Below are positions 29,017 to 38,784 of a stretch of DNA of 64,000 nucleotides, in pieces. Position 1 is the first letter of the stretch; each line of letters opens with the position of its first letter. The position numbers and the translations under genes were made by a program. Source of the DNA: Roseibacillus sp. (GTDB lineage Bacteria > Verrucomicrobiota > Verrucomicrobiia > Verrucomicrobiales > Akkermansiaceae); NCBI GenBank assembly GCA_051251855.1, contig JBPOGI010000004.1, forward strand, positions 128,001 through 192,000, given 5' to 3'. A model generated the notes under the pieces. The model saw nothing but the letters and a program-made list of their open reading frames with translations. It did no database searches and was not told the origin of the DNA.

Positions 29017-32000
29017 TTGATGAAAACGGCACTTAAATCCCACTCTCCTCTGCCTTCTCCATCCAATCGGGGCTTTTCCCTTATTGTGACTGTGACGATG
29101 ATGATTCTCCTTTCGCTCATCGCGGTAGGGCTTCTCTCCCTTTCTAGCTCGGTTCTTCGTGGGGCCCAAAACGGGGCATCAATGGCAGAGGCCCGAGCTA
29201 ATGCCCGTCTCGCCCTTAATTTAGCGATTGGCGAACTCCAAAAGCAAGCTGGTCCTGACACCCGTGTGACCGCTCGCGCTGACATTCTCAATGATCCAGA
29301 GACAAACACCGTCGCAAATCCCTACCTCACCGGCGTTTGGGAATCTTGGTATATGGACCCCAACACTTCTCTCAACTCAGGAAACTTTTCTGAATCTGAG
29401 AAAGAAGCCAAGTTGCTCACTTGGCTCGCCTCGGGTGCCCCCAATCGAGAAGAAGTTACTAACAACTTTGTGAAACAATCCCTGAGAGACGAAGTGACAT
29501 TGTGGGGCGCTGGCTCTCTTGGAAGCCGAGCTACTGACCGAGAAAAGGTGAAAGCCTCCCTCATGACTCTCTCTGAAGAAAGAGGAGCCGGCGGCTACGC
29601 CTGGGCGGTTCTTGATGAAGGAGTCAAAGCTCGTGTCAACACCCTCACCCACCTTCGTAACGACAACTCCAGCGCTTCAGTCAAGACTGAGAAAATGTCC
29701 CAACTCGGAGCAGGTGTCCGCCCCTCCATTGAATCGATTTCAGGCCTTGATGGCTTTCAGGCTAACTCGTTCCTCTCTGGCACTGAGGGAAATCCAAACA
29801 CTTTGCCTGAGGACGGAAAGACCCTCGCCAAAGCCGTCACCTATGGAAACTTTGGCCTCGTAGCCGAACAACTCGCAGGAATAGATAGCGAAGATCTCAA
29901 AGAGCATTATCACGACATTTCTCTTTTTTCCTCCGGCCTTCTCACCGACACTGCCCGAGGTGGATTGAAGACCGACTTCAGCCTCTTCAGCTCCGAGACA
30001 ACTCTTCCACAACTCTACAGCCACGAAGAAGGAGGATTCATCGATTTAGCGACCAAGGGCGTTTACGACACCTTGCTCGGAATCGGAGGAGCTCTCGCCA
30101 CCTCCAGCCCTCGTTGGAATTCTCTCTACCAATTTTCACGTCTGCACGAAGATGGCGTCGAGATTAGAGAAGACGCACCTCTTGTTCAGGCCGCCGTTCC
30201 AAGTGGCTGGGCAGCAGCAAGAGCCTCACGTGGAGGCTTTAGGTTGAATAAAGAAACCCCAGACGACCTCGTCCTCATGCCGACTATCGCCAACGTCCAG
30301 ATGATCTTCAGCCTCGTTGGGCGCGACCTCTATAACCAAAGCAGCTACCCCCCAGGCTCCCCCCCTACCACTCTTCCTCGTAGCGCATCGAACTTGCACA
30401 ACCCTCAAGCAGGTCACTTCAGGACGACCAAATTTCACTTTGACCTTCACCTCATGTATACCCCTGTGGTGGTTCTTCACAATCCCTACAGCGTGGCTCT
30501 GGAATTTGAGGATATCAAAATCAACTTCCACCACATCCCCTTTGCGATGAAAGTCATCCGCAACGGCGAAGACCAGAGCACAGGTTTAGTGCCCTTTGAG
30601 TCCATGTTTGCGGACAATGATAACGAGAGCAAAGACAAGGTCTTCGGAATGAAGCTCCGAACCGAGCGCCGAGGGCGCGTAGGCAACTCTACCTTTCAAA
30701 TGCTTCCTGGAGAAGTCATTCTCTTCTCTCCCTACTTAAATCCACAAACAACCTACCAAAGCAATTTCAGTGGTGGCCGCGTAAATTGGGACATCTATGT
30801 TGGAGACAACAAGACAGCCGAACTAGAGGCTATCCCAGGCTGGCGCGGCGATGGCATGGGCTTCAGCTGCGACTGGTTGGCAGGAGCAAAGCGGGTGGAT
30901 GGAGTCGCCGCATCCGGCCGATGGAGTTCCTGCTTCGGCCTTGCTCATGACGATGAAATCAGTGTCGAATTTGCTCCCTTTACCAAAGACACTTCGGACA
31001 ACAAATTCCTAGTGACAATGTCAGCTACTCCCAAAGGGCAATCGAGCGAGAGTGTCGTCAATGCCATCGAGATCGACTACGAAAGTCCTGAAAAGTTGCG
31101 CGAAAGAATTTTGGGGAGCTCCAATGGCACCCTCAGATATCCCGAGGAAGACACCATCGCAGGTCGTGACCTCATCGACTGGGCCGGCACGCCTATTGGA
31201 GAAATGGTGAACGTCAAACCTTTCGCAGTGGTAAGCCTCCAAGCAAAGACCACCTATGCTGCCGAAAATCCAGATGAGTTCTCCCCCGTTGACGGTCGCA
31301 TCGCTTCGAAGCCTTGGTCCTTCGCCCACGGTTCCATCGGCGTTGCCTCTGCCAACCTGAGCACTGAGCACCCCTCATCCCATTCCCACGAGCTCGACAT
31401 CAAGCCTCTCACCGCAGAAGGAACCGAGGCCATTATTGAGGTCGGTGCCAACAACCGAGGAAACTTCATTACTGGGCACTCCTCCCAAAACGGAAGTAAG
31501 TTCGGTGTCGCTTACGAAATTCCCCTCACCCCCTTGCAGTCTCTTCCAACTTTGAACGGGGCCAACCCCGGAGGTGTCTCAGCCTTCCTCCCCCGCTTCG
31601 CAGCACCTATCGGTAACTCCTGGGCTCACCCCTTACTTAGCCCCGATACTGTCGAAGAAAGAGCAGCTGAAGGCTACGACATGTATGACCACTCGTTCCT
31701 CATGAACGTCGCATTCTATGACCGTTTCTACTTCTCAGGACTGGGAAGCCGAACCGGCCCCTACGGTGATGGCCGCTCCTCCAGCGAAGCCATCCAGCGG
31801 TTCATCCAAGACGGGTCACTTGGAGACCAACGCCTCTCTCTCTATCAGCCTGACAGCCGGGCCACTAGCGAGCTCCAAGCCCTTGCCACCAACTCCTCAG
31901 GTCACGAAGAGGTTGCCGCATGGCAAATCATGAACGGTGCCTTCAACATCAACTCTACTTCGGTCGATGCTTGGAAGGCCATGCTTACCTCGATTTATGC

Positions 32001-32739
32001 TCCCGATGCTCAACTCAACGAGCTCTCCCCCGATGGTGAAGGATCAAGTGAAATCACCAATCTCAACGGAAGTCTCACCGCAAACCGTATTAGCCGCTTT
32101 CGCGTTCCTCTCTCTCGGTCGCTGGAAGAGGGTGGACCCGAGAAGACCTCTTTCTGGCTTGGGCCACGCGAATACACCGACGCTCAAATCGAAACTCTTG
32201 CGCAAAATATCGTTGAAGAAATTAAGGACCGTGGACCCTTCCTCTCCATTGCTGAATTCGTCAACCGTCAACTTGGGCCCACGAACGAAGATCGCGCTCA
32301 GATGGGAGCCCTCCAAGCTGCTATCGACGAAGCCAAGCTTAATGACCAATTGGTTGATGATTCGAATGCCGGCTTCGATATCGAGGTCGACAGCGTCGCA
32401 GGTTACGAATACAAAAACACCAAGGCTGCTGAAGGCTCCAGTGCACAGGGAGCTCCCGGGTATCTCACCCAGGCCGATCTCCTCAGCGTTCTTGGAAATG
32501 CCACCACCGCACGATCAGACACCTTCACGGTCCGAGGTTATGGTGAATCACGGGATAACTCTGGAAGAATCGAAGCCACCGCAGTTTGCGAGGCCGTTGT
32601 ACAACGCTTCCCTGAGTGGATGGATAGCGTTGACGAAGTCGAAGAGCGACCTGTCGATTTGAAAAGCGAAACGAACCAGAAATTTGGCCGTCGCTTCCGC
32701 ATGGTTTCCTTCCGCTGGTTAAGTGAAAGCGAAGTTTAA
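29017..32739 (+). CDS. Verru_Chthon cassette protein A-like large pilin-associated (PilX-type N-terminus) protein
   Basis: RG|FSLIVTVTMMILLSLIAVGLL, 'A.ANARLAL.LAIGELQK.AGPD.RVTARAD', 'GAFNINSTSVDAWKA', 'RGPFLSIAEFVNR', 'RSDTF.VRGYG', 'FGRRFRMVSFRWL..SEV'. Confidence 0.8.
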   Translation: MMKTALKSHSPLPSPSNRGFSLIVTVTMMILLSLIAVGLLSLSSSVLRGAQNGASMAEARANARLALNLAIGELQKQAGPDTRVTARADILNDPETNTVANPYLTGVWESWYMDPNTSLNSGNFSESEKEAKLLTWLASGAPNREEVTNNFVKQSLRDEVTLWGAGSLGSRATDREKVKASLMTLSEERGAGGYAWAVLDEGVKARVNTLTHLRNDNSSASVKTEKMSQLGAGVRPSIESISGLDGFQANSFLSGTEGNPNTLPEDGKTLAKAVTYGNFGLVAEQLAGIDSEDLKEHYHDISLFSSGLLTDTARGGLKTDFSLFSSETTLPQLYSHEEGGFIDLATKGVYDTLLGIGGALATSSPRWNSLYQFSRLHEDGVEIREDAPLVQAAVPSGWAAARASRGGFRLNKETPDDLVLMPTIANVQMIFSLVGRDLYNQSSYPPGSPPTTLPRSASNLHNPQAGHFRTTKFHFDLHLMYTPVVVLHNPYSVALEFEDIKINFHHIPFAMKVIRNGEDQSTGLVPFESMFADNDNESKDKVFGMKLRTERRGRVGNSTFQMLPGEVILFSPYLNPQTTYQSNFSGGRVNWDIYVGDNKTAELEAIPGWRGDGMGFSCDWLAGAKRVDGVAASGRWSSCFGLAHDDEISVEFAPFTKDTSDNKFLVTMSATPKGQSSESVVNAIEIDYESPEKLRERILGSSNGTLRYPEEDTIAGRDLIDWAGTPIGEMVNVKPFAVVSLQAKTTYAAENPDEFSPVDGRIASKPWSFAHGSIGVASANLSTEHPSSHSHELDIKPLTAEGTEAIIEVGANNRGNFITGHSSQNGSKFGVAYEIPLTPLQSLPTLNGANPGGVSAFLPRFAAPIGNSWAHPLLSPDTVEERAAEGYDMYDHSFLMNVAFYDRFYFSGLGSRTGPYGDGRSSSEAIQRFIQDGSLGDQRLSLYQPDSRATSELQALATNSSGHEEVAAWQIMNGAFNINSTSVDAWKAMLTSIYAPDAQLNELSPDGEGSSEITNLNGSLTANRISRFRVPLSRSLEEGGPEKTSFWLGPREYTDAQIETLAQNIVEEIKDRGPFLSIAEFVNRQLGPTNEDRAQMGALQAAIDEAKLNDQLVDDSNAGFDIEVDSVAGYEYKNTKAAEGSSAQGAPGYLTQADLLSVLGNATTARSDTFTVRGYGESRDNSGRIEATAVCEAVVQRFPEWMDSVDEVEERPVDLKSETNQKFGRRFRMVSFRWLSESEV

Positions 32740-32815
32740 AGCGGCGCTGATTCCTTCATTGCGCACAAATCCTTTCTAGTGAACAATTGTTCCCTGCTAC
32801 TCGTCCAATCTGCAA

Positions 32816-33499
32816 ATGAGCCGTATCAAATTACCCATCATCCTTCTCTCGCTGCTTGCCACTCTTGCTCCCAGCCTTTTGGCTCAGGACCTCAGACCAG
32901 TGGAATGTCGCTTTCTTGCTCTCGATGAAAGACCCGATTCCATCCTGAACGCGGTGGGAGAGAACAAAGACATCAAAGTCAGCATCCTCAAGAATCGAAT
33001 CTCAGAACCCATCGAATGTATCGCCGTCAATGGGCGCCTTAACTTCATCGATGGCCAATCTCGTGAGCCCCTCGCCTCAACACCGATTCCCGCCAAGATC
33101 AAGAAGGCGATCATTATCTTTGTAGAGGTTCCCGATCAGAAAAAGTGGTTCATCGTCCCCTTCGAAGACAGTGCCGAACAATTCCCAAAGGGAGGAACCC
33201 ACGTTGTCAACCTGCACTCCGACGACATCCGCTTCATCTTGGGAGAATCAAAGGAAGTATTACCTCCTCGTAAGACCAAAGGATTCGAAATGCCCGAAAA
33301 ACGAAATGAGTTCAACATGGCTCCAGTAGTTTTCCAGTTTAAGAATAAAAAAGACGAATGGGTCAATGGCAAGGAAACAGCCTATCGTTTTCTCCCCGCC
33401 ATCCGCTACCTCCTTATTGCATACATCGATCCGAACAATAATCGCCCACGGGTAAAGACCTTCAAGGACACCTTCCGACCACGACCACCTGCCGAGTAA
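32816..33499 (+). CDS. Secreted hypothetical protein (verrucomicrobial family)
   Basis: Signal peptide; 227-aa ORF co-oriented behind the cassette-A-like gene; 'D....FP.G....VNL'. Confidence 0.7.
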   Translation: MSRIKLPIILLSLLATLAPSLLAQDLRPVECRFLALDERPDSILNAVGENKDIKVSILKNRISEPIECIAVNGRLNFIDGQSREPLASTPIPAKIKKAIIIFVEVPDQKKWFIVPFEDSAEQFPKGGTHVVNLHSDDIRFILGESKEVLPPRKTKGFEMPEKRNEFNMAPVVFQFKNKKDEWVNGKETAYRFLPAIRYLLIAYIDPNNNRPRVKTFKDTFRPRPPAE

Positions 33500-33560
33500 A
33501 GACGGGTCTTCCTGATATCGGGCATTGCCGCCTATCGCTGCTGACATCTAGACTGTCGCC

Positions 33561-34925
33561 ATGCAGCAACAACTCGTCCAACTACTTGGGCCTGACAAAG
33601 TCTCTCTCGCACCGGAGGTCATCGCAGAGCACGCGATTGATAAGTGGAACTTTGCCTCGTCCCCGCAAGTAGTTGTCTTTGCCCAAAGTACTGAAGACGT
33701 CGCCAAGACCCTCTCCTTTGCCCACAAAAACGGCATCCCCGTAACTACCAGAGGCGCAGGAATCGGATATGTGGGTGGAGCCGTGCCCGTCCAAGGCGGC
33801 ATCGTTCTCTCCGTTGCCCGTATGAACCAAATCCTCGAGCTCTCTCCCGCAGATGGGCTTGCCGTCGTACAACCCGGAGTCATCACCAAAACTCTCCAAG
33901 ACGCCGCAGTCTCAGAAGGCTGGTATTACCCCCCCGACCCAGCCTCCCTCAAGGAATGCTCCCTCGGAGGCAACATCGCCACTAACGCGGGTGGACCTCG
34001 CTGCCTCAAATACGGAGTTACCAAGAACTACGTGATGGGCCTCGAAGTCGTTCTCGCTGACGGCACCATCACTCGTATTGGTGGGCGCTGTCACAAAAAC
34101 AAAACCGGCTTCTCCTTGACCGAACTTTTCGTTGGTTCTGAAGGACTGTTAGGAATTGTCACTGAAGCCACCCTCCGCATCATTCCCCACCCGCAACGGC
34201 GGGCTATGCTGACCGCCACCTTCGCCCGTTTCTCCGAAGCTGCTGCCGCCGTCCAGACCATCCTCAACTCCGGTCATCTCCCCTCCGCCCTTGAAATCAC
34301 CGACGCCTTCACCCTCCAAGCCGCCCGCAACTATCTCGGCGCCGACACCCTTCCCGCCGGCGAAGCCCACCTCATTGTCGAGATCGATGGCCGTAACTCT
34401 GCTGTCGAAGCCGAGCTCCCCGAACTCGAATCTCTCCTCTCAAACGCAGGAGCTCTCTCCATTGAAGCCCACCGCGACGAAGAGGCTTGCGAGGCAGTCT
34501 GGAAACTCCGCCGCGAGTTCTCCTACTCCCTGCGTGCCACTGGCCTCACCAAACTCAACGAGGACATCGTCGTTCCACGCTCTAAGCTGGTCGAACTTGT
34601 TGAATTCGCGCAAGAGCTCGCCGCCAAAACCGGCATCCCCGTCGCCTGCTTCGGGCACGCTGGAGACGGCAATATCCACGTCAACCTCATGGTAGAAGAT
34701 TACGACGACCCAGAGAAAAAGAAACCCGCCGACGAAGCCCTCGACCAACTCTTCAACTGGATTCTCGCTAACCAAGGTGCCATCACCGGCGAGCATGGGG
34801 TCGGACTTGCAAAGAAGCGCTGGTTCGAACAAGCAGTGGGTCCCGCCAACTTCGCCGTTCACCAATCTATCAAGAAGGCCCTCGATCCCACCGCCACTCT
34901 CAACCCAGGCAAATTCCTCGACTAA
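33561..34925 (+). CDS. FAD-linked oxidase, GlcD/D-2-hydroxyacid dehydrogenase family
   Basis: RGAG, YPPDPAS..CSLGGNIATNAGG..CLKYG.T, GSEG.LG, EDIVVP, FGHAGDGNIH, ITGEHGVG, LNPGK. Confidence 0.92.
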   Translation: MQQQLVQLLGPDKVSLAPEVIAEHAIDKWNFASSPQVVVFAQSTEDVAKTLSFAHKNGIPVTTRGAGIGYVGGAVPVQGGIVLSVARMNQILELSPADGLAVVQPGVITKTLQDAAVSEGWYYPPDPASLKECSLGGNIATNAGGPRCLKYGVTKNYVMGLEVVLADGTITRIGGRCHKNKTGFSLTELFVGSEGLLGIVTEATLRIIPHPQRRAMLTATFARFSEAAAAVQTILNSGHLPSALEITDAFTLQAARNYLGADTLPAGEAHLIVEIDGRNSAVEAELPELESLLSNAGALSIEAHRDEEACEAVWKLRREFSYSLRATGLTKLNEDIVVPRSKLVELVEFAQELAAKTGIPVACFGHAGDGNIHVNLMVEDYDDPEKKKPADEALDQLFNWILANQGAITGEHGVGLAKKRWFEQAVGPANFAVHQSIKKALDPTATLNPGKFLD

Positions 34926-34953
34926 AAAACAATCTCAATCAGTCCCAAATATC

Positions 34954-35265
34954 ATGCAGTACGAAAACGTCACCGCCATCGCCGCCGCCAATGTCTACTT
35001 CGACGGCAAAGTCATCTCTCACGCCATCATCTTACCCGACGGGTCTAAAAAGACTCTCGGCGTCATTCTCCCTGGCGAATATCACTTCGGAACCGAAGCC
35101 GCCGAACTCATGGAAATCGTCGGAGGCGGTTGCTCCTACGTTCTCGACGGTACCGAAGAATCTCAAGCCGTTTCGGACGGGTCTTCTTTCAACGTCCCCG
35201 CCAACTCAGGATTCACCATCACCGTCACCAGCGAGCCCTGTCACTACGTCTGCTCCTTCCTCTAA
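34954..35265 (+). CDS. ppnP: Pyrimidine/purine nucleoside phosphorylase (YaiE/DUF1255)
   Basis: ANVYFDGKVISH, KTLGVILPGEYHFGT.AAE.MEI, F.VPANS.F, YVCSF; ATG at 34954. Confidence 0.9.
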   Translation: MQYENVTAIAAANVYFDGKVISHAIILPDGSKKTLGVILPGEYHFGTEAAELMEIVGGGCSYVLDGTEESQAVSDGSSFNVPANSGFTITVTSEPCHYVCSFL

Positions 35266-35624
35266 CAGGAACGGGGCGGCAGAGATTCTCGAAGCTTTTT
35301 GGGCATTCCCGCGACCACTAAATCATAGGAATGCTCAATCAGTTCTCTCATCAATTTCGTCGGCAGACTCCCATCAAAAACAACGGTGTTCCAATGCTTC
35401 TTATTCATATGGTAGCCCGGCTCCACCGCCTCCCACTCCTCTCTCAGCTCCACCGCACGCTCAGGATCACACTTTAAGTTCATCTGCCCCACCTCACGCT
35501 TCAGCCCCGCAGTCGCAAACATCTTTCCCGCCACCTTATAGACCAAAGCATCGGGACCAAACGGAGTCGTCTCCTCCACCTCGGGAAGACCTAGGCAAAA
35601 TTCAATCGCATCCTGCAGTTCCAT
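35262..35624 (-). CDS. MmcQ/YjbR family protein
   Basis: PFG....VYKV.GKMFA, NLKCDPE, PGYHMNKKHWNTV, LIEHSY.LV. Confidence 0.92.
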   Translation of the reverse strand: MELQDAIEFCLGLPEVEETTPFGPDALVYKVAGKMFATAGLKREVGQMNLKCDPERAVELREEWEAVEPGYHMNKKHWNTVVFDGSLPTKLMRELIEHSYDLVVAGMPKKLRESLPPRSC

Positions 35625-35646
35625 CCTCTTATTCTAAGCGCAACTC

Positions 35647-36897
35647 ATGCCCAAAGACCATTATCAACTCATCGTCATCGGAGGAGGTGCAGCCGGATTC
35701 TTTGGAGCCATCACCGCCGCCGAGCAAGGACTCAAACGCATCCTGATTCTGGAAAAATCAAAAGAAGTTCTCACCAAAGTCCGCATCTCTGGCGGCGGCC
35801 GTTGCAACGTCACCCACGACTGCCCGGACCCCCGCGAACTCATCAAGAACTACCCCCGTGGCCACCGTAGCTTGCACGGCCCCTTCCACCGCTTTAACGC
35901 CACCGACACTATTGCCTGGTTCAACGACCATGGCGTCACCCTCAAGACCGAAGCCGACGGGCGGATGTTCCCCGCCACTAACACCTCCGAAACCATCGTG
36001 CAATGCCTCACCAATGCCGCACGCAAGCACCACATTGAAGTTCGAAACCGTAGCAAAGTCACCGCCCTCGAGTCCCTCCCAAACGATGGCTACACCGTCC
36101 ATCTCGCCGACGGCAGTATCCTACAAGGAGCCAACATCCTCATCGCTACCGGCGGTCTGCGCGGCGCAGAAGCACGCCAAACTGTTCGCGATGCAGAACA
36201 TGAATTCTCCTCTCCCGTCCCCTCCCTCTTCACCTTTCACATCGACGACCCTCGCCTCACAGACCTCCAAGGCGTTTCCGTCCCTCTTGCCACCGCCAGC
36301 GCTCTCAAAGAATCCATGGCAGGCCCCATCCTCATCACCCACTGGGGACTCAGCGGCCCAGGGATTCTTAGGCTTTCCGCCTGGAATGCTCGCCGCTTTG
36401 CCGACTGCGATTACCGCTTCAACCTCAAGGTCAATTGGACTGGCAACCTGCTCCCCCAAGAGGTCGAAACCATCCTCAACACCGAGCGCAAAAATCATAG
36501 CACCCGATCCATCGCGAAGCGCTCCCTCATTGAGGGCATCACCATCCGCTTCTGGACCCGCCTCTGCCAAGCGGCCGAAATCACCGAAGGCCAGACATGG
36601 GCCAACCTCACCAAGAAACAGACCCAAGAACTCGTTCACCAACTCACCGCAGCTGAATTTCAAGTCACCGGCAAGAGCACCAACAAGGACGAATTCGTCA
36701 CCTGCGGCGGCGTCCATTTGAAAGACCTCAATCTCAAGACGATGGAGAGCAAGACCCAAGCCGGGCTCTACTTTGCAGGCGAAGTTCTCGATATCGACGG
36801 CATCACCGGCGGCTTCAATTTTCAAGCAGCATGGACCACCGGACACCTCGCAGGAACGGCAGCAGCCCAATCAGAGCGAGGACATCACTCTCCCTGA
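35647..36897 (+). CDS. HI0933/BaiN (YhiN) family flavoprotein
   Basis: IGGGAAG, KVRISGGGRCNVT, GRMFP, THWGLSGP, VTCGGV, GEVLDIDGITGGFNFQAAW.TG. Confidence 0.92.
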   Translation: MPKDHYQLIVIGGGAAGFFGAITAAEQGLKRILILEKSKEVLTKVRISGGGRCNVTHDCPDPRELIKNYPRGHRSLHGPFHRFNATDTIAWFNDHGVTLKTEADGRMFPATNTSETIVQCLTNAARKHHIEVRNRSKVTALESLPNDGYTVHLADGSILQGANILIATGGLRGAEARQTVRDAEHEFSSPVPSLFTFHIDDPRLTDLQGVSVPLATASALKESMAGPILITHWGLSGPGILRLSAWNARRFADCDYRFNLKVNWTGNLLPQEVETILNTERKNHSTRSIAKRSLIEGITIRFWTRLCQAAEITEGQTWANLTKKQTQELVHQLTAAEFQVTGKSTNKDEFVTCGGVHLKDLNLKTMESKTQAGLYFAGEVLDIDGITGGFNFQAAWTTGHLAGTAAAQSERGHHSP

Positions 36898-37013
36898 CTA
36901 CTCACAACCAATGTCCCCTCAATTGAAGCCCTCGAACTCACTCTAACAGCTCTTTAAACCCACACACCTCAGTCACCAAACCCCTTCTTGGGACGAAACC
37001 TAGCTATCCAACC

Positions 37014-37484
37014 TTAGTTCTTCGGGATTGCTCTGAGTAGCTCTTGCTTGATGACGATAGTGATGTCATCGATTGAAGATCTCGCATAGAGCAATGAGCT
37101 TCGATAATCATCTTTGAACACGATTTCGTATTTATCTTTGAATACCCGCTCAATCAGTTCTAGCAGATACTTCTGGCACAGTTGCTCCACTTTTTCCTTA
37201 TCGGCATCGTCATGCATCATTCCCGCCGCAGCCTCCATCGCATTCACTGCCTCCCCATTCATAATCGCCGCCTGCATCTTGGCTTGCACCTCTTTGGCCT
37301 TCATTTTCTTGGCTTCGTAACGTTCTCCAAGCTCCTGATTCCCATCCATCTCTAAAACGACCTTGAGCAAAAGATCGTCAATCTCTTTGTAATCAATCTT
37401 AGCAACACTGAATTCGGAATCCCCGGTAGCGATTGCCGACAGAGCCAAAAGAAAAACAAGAACAGGAGTGAAGACGGCTTTCAT
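37014..37484 (-). CDS. Hypothetical secreted protein; putative gene cassette 3
   Basis: ATG 37484 gives the signal peptide MKAVFTPVLVFLLALSAIATG; it starts 4 nt after the degenerate core site of an attC-like element. Confidence 0.65.
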   Translation of the reverse strand: MKAVFTPVLVFLLALSAIATGDSEFSVAKIDYKEIDDLLLKVVLEMDGNQELGERYEAKKMKAKEVQAKMQAAIMNGEAVNAMEAAAGMMHDDADKEKVEQLCQKYLLELIERVFKDKYEIVFKDDYRSSLLYARSSIDDITIVIKQELLRAIPKN

Positions 37485-37488
37485 ATTT

Positions 37489-37616
37489 GGGGAAGATTTC
37501 AGCATACCAAATCCAATCAATTTGGCACACCTTGACCACTTCTATCACGACCTCTCACTCCGTCAACATTCGACTCACCAGCAGGTTTCGATTTATGGTG
37601 CTTTGTCTCGTTCGGC
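37489..37616 (-). mobile_element. attC-like integron recombination site (degenerate), 128 bp
   Basis: Minus strand: GCCGAAC-GAGAC-AAAGCACCATAAATC...GATTTGGTATGCT-GAAAT-CTTCCCC (core GTT changed to CTT); homologous to 38018-38144. Confidence 0.6.
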
Positions 37617-38009
37617 ACCCCATCCCTCATATGGAAGTTCACTCGGCGCTATTCCAACGTAGTCGGGCTCCGGCAAGACCAGAAGGCAATAAGCAAGTAT
37701 CGTCTCTGCACCCTGATTGAGCGCCTTGCAGACCCGATGCATCCCATCCAACACTCGATACTCGGGATCCACAATAATAGGATACGTGAGATCCGCTTCT
37801 CGAATGAGCTGAGCATGCTCCGCTATCTTGCGACAAGTCGGCAAGTCACCCTCCAGATTGAACCAATGCGGCTCATCTAGTTCTGCTATTTCCGAAATCT
37901 GAATCTCAACGGGTGTTAAGCTCGAGACTCTTTCGATCAGGCCGACGACATCCCAAGCGAGCAAACCTTGGTCGGAGTCCCTAAAATGATACTGGGGGCG
38001 AAGCTTCAT
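37593..38009 (-). CDS. Small ParB/sulfiredoxin-like domain protein; putative gene cassette 2
   Basis: 'ADLTYPIIVD...VLDGMHRVCKA' ParB/Srx-type motif; flanked by attC-like sites. Confidence 0.7.
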   Translation of the reverse strand: MKLRPQYHFRDSDQGLLAWDVVGLIERVSSLTPVEIQISEIAELDEPHWFNLEGDLPTCRKIAEHAQLIREADLTYPIIVDPEYRVLDGMHRVCKALNQGAETILAYCLLVLPEPDYVGIAPSELPYEGWGAERDKAP

Positions 38010-38017
38010 GTTTTTCA

Positions 38018-38144
38018 GGCGAACGTTTTAGAGCTCTCATCACACCAAATCACTGCACTTTTACAATTCCTACCACTTCACCTCCTGCAGTCAACGACGG
38101 ACTCGCCAGCGTAGTCGCATTGATGGTTCTGCGTCTTGTTAGTC
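38018..38144 (-). mobile_element. attC-like integron recombination site, 127 bp
   Basis: Minus strand: GACTAAC-AAGAC-GCAGAACCATCA...TGATGAGAGCTCTAAAAC-GTTCGCC. The upstream stop codon TAA lies within the inverse core; the next ATG follows 8 nt after the core. Confidence 0.68.
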
Positions 38145-38618
38145 ATCCTGATTGAGCTGCGGAGGATTGAAAAGAAGATTGGCCACCAGAACCGCCTGAT
38201 GAAGCCGCTCCTGCTTGCATTCAAACCGCATACACGATTGATAATCGGCGTGGTCAAATCTCATCTCGTCGATTGAGTAAGAGCGCTTATTCCCAGAAAC
38301 TTTGATCGCCGTCGAAATTTCGACATCAGGCGTCCTGAATAGCGCATTACCAGAAGTGTCCACCTGATACTCCAAGAGTCGATCACCCTGAAGCGACAAA
38401 TCCATCCGATACATTGAACCGTCAAACAAAAGGGCGCACCGCTGAAGAATCCCATCCCCACCCCAAAGCTCGTAATGATTACTCAAATTCGCAAACTTCT
38501 GGCTCCACCGAATCGCGAACCACCCGTCGTCACTGACCACTTCCGCACGGTATTTCCGAGCGATGCCGAGAAGAGCCCAAATACTATCGTTCTTTCGTAA
38601 TCCGACTGATCCGCGCAT
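38139..38618 (-). CDS. Hypothetical protein; putative gene cassette 1
   Basis: 159-aa ORF preceded by GCTCTTGAAC-GTTAAAA (core at 38648-38654) and ending inside the attC inverse core. Confidence 0.55.
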   Translation of the reverse strand: MRGSVGLRKNDSIWALLGIARKYRAEVVSDDGWFAIRWSQKFANLSNHYELWGGDGILQRCALLFDGSMYRMDLSLQGDRLLEYQVDTSGNALFRTPDVEISTAIKVSGNKRSYSIDEMRFDHADYQSCMRFECKQERLHQAVLVANLLFNPPQLNQDD

Positions 38619-38784
38619 ATTTTCTGGAAGACTGTCTGCTTATTTCGTTTTAACGTTCAAGAGCCTTATCGAGTTTTTCTCAAAATAGCCCTCAGGCGCA
38701 TATAGTCGTGCGAGAGAAGACCCCATTGTAGATTCACGCGATGAAAATCGAAAGAAGGATACCTAGTAGAATGGTCAGTCCCTC

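Noticed and set aside
36900..37013. Possible attC downstream of the third cassette gene
   Set aside because: GAAC precedes the stop, but no homology to the other two sites or clear palindrome could be seen.
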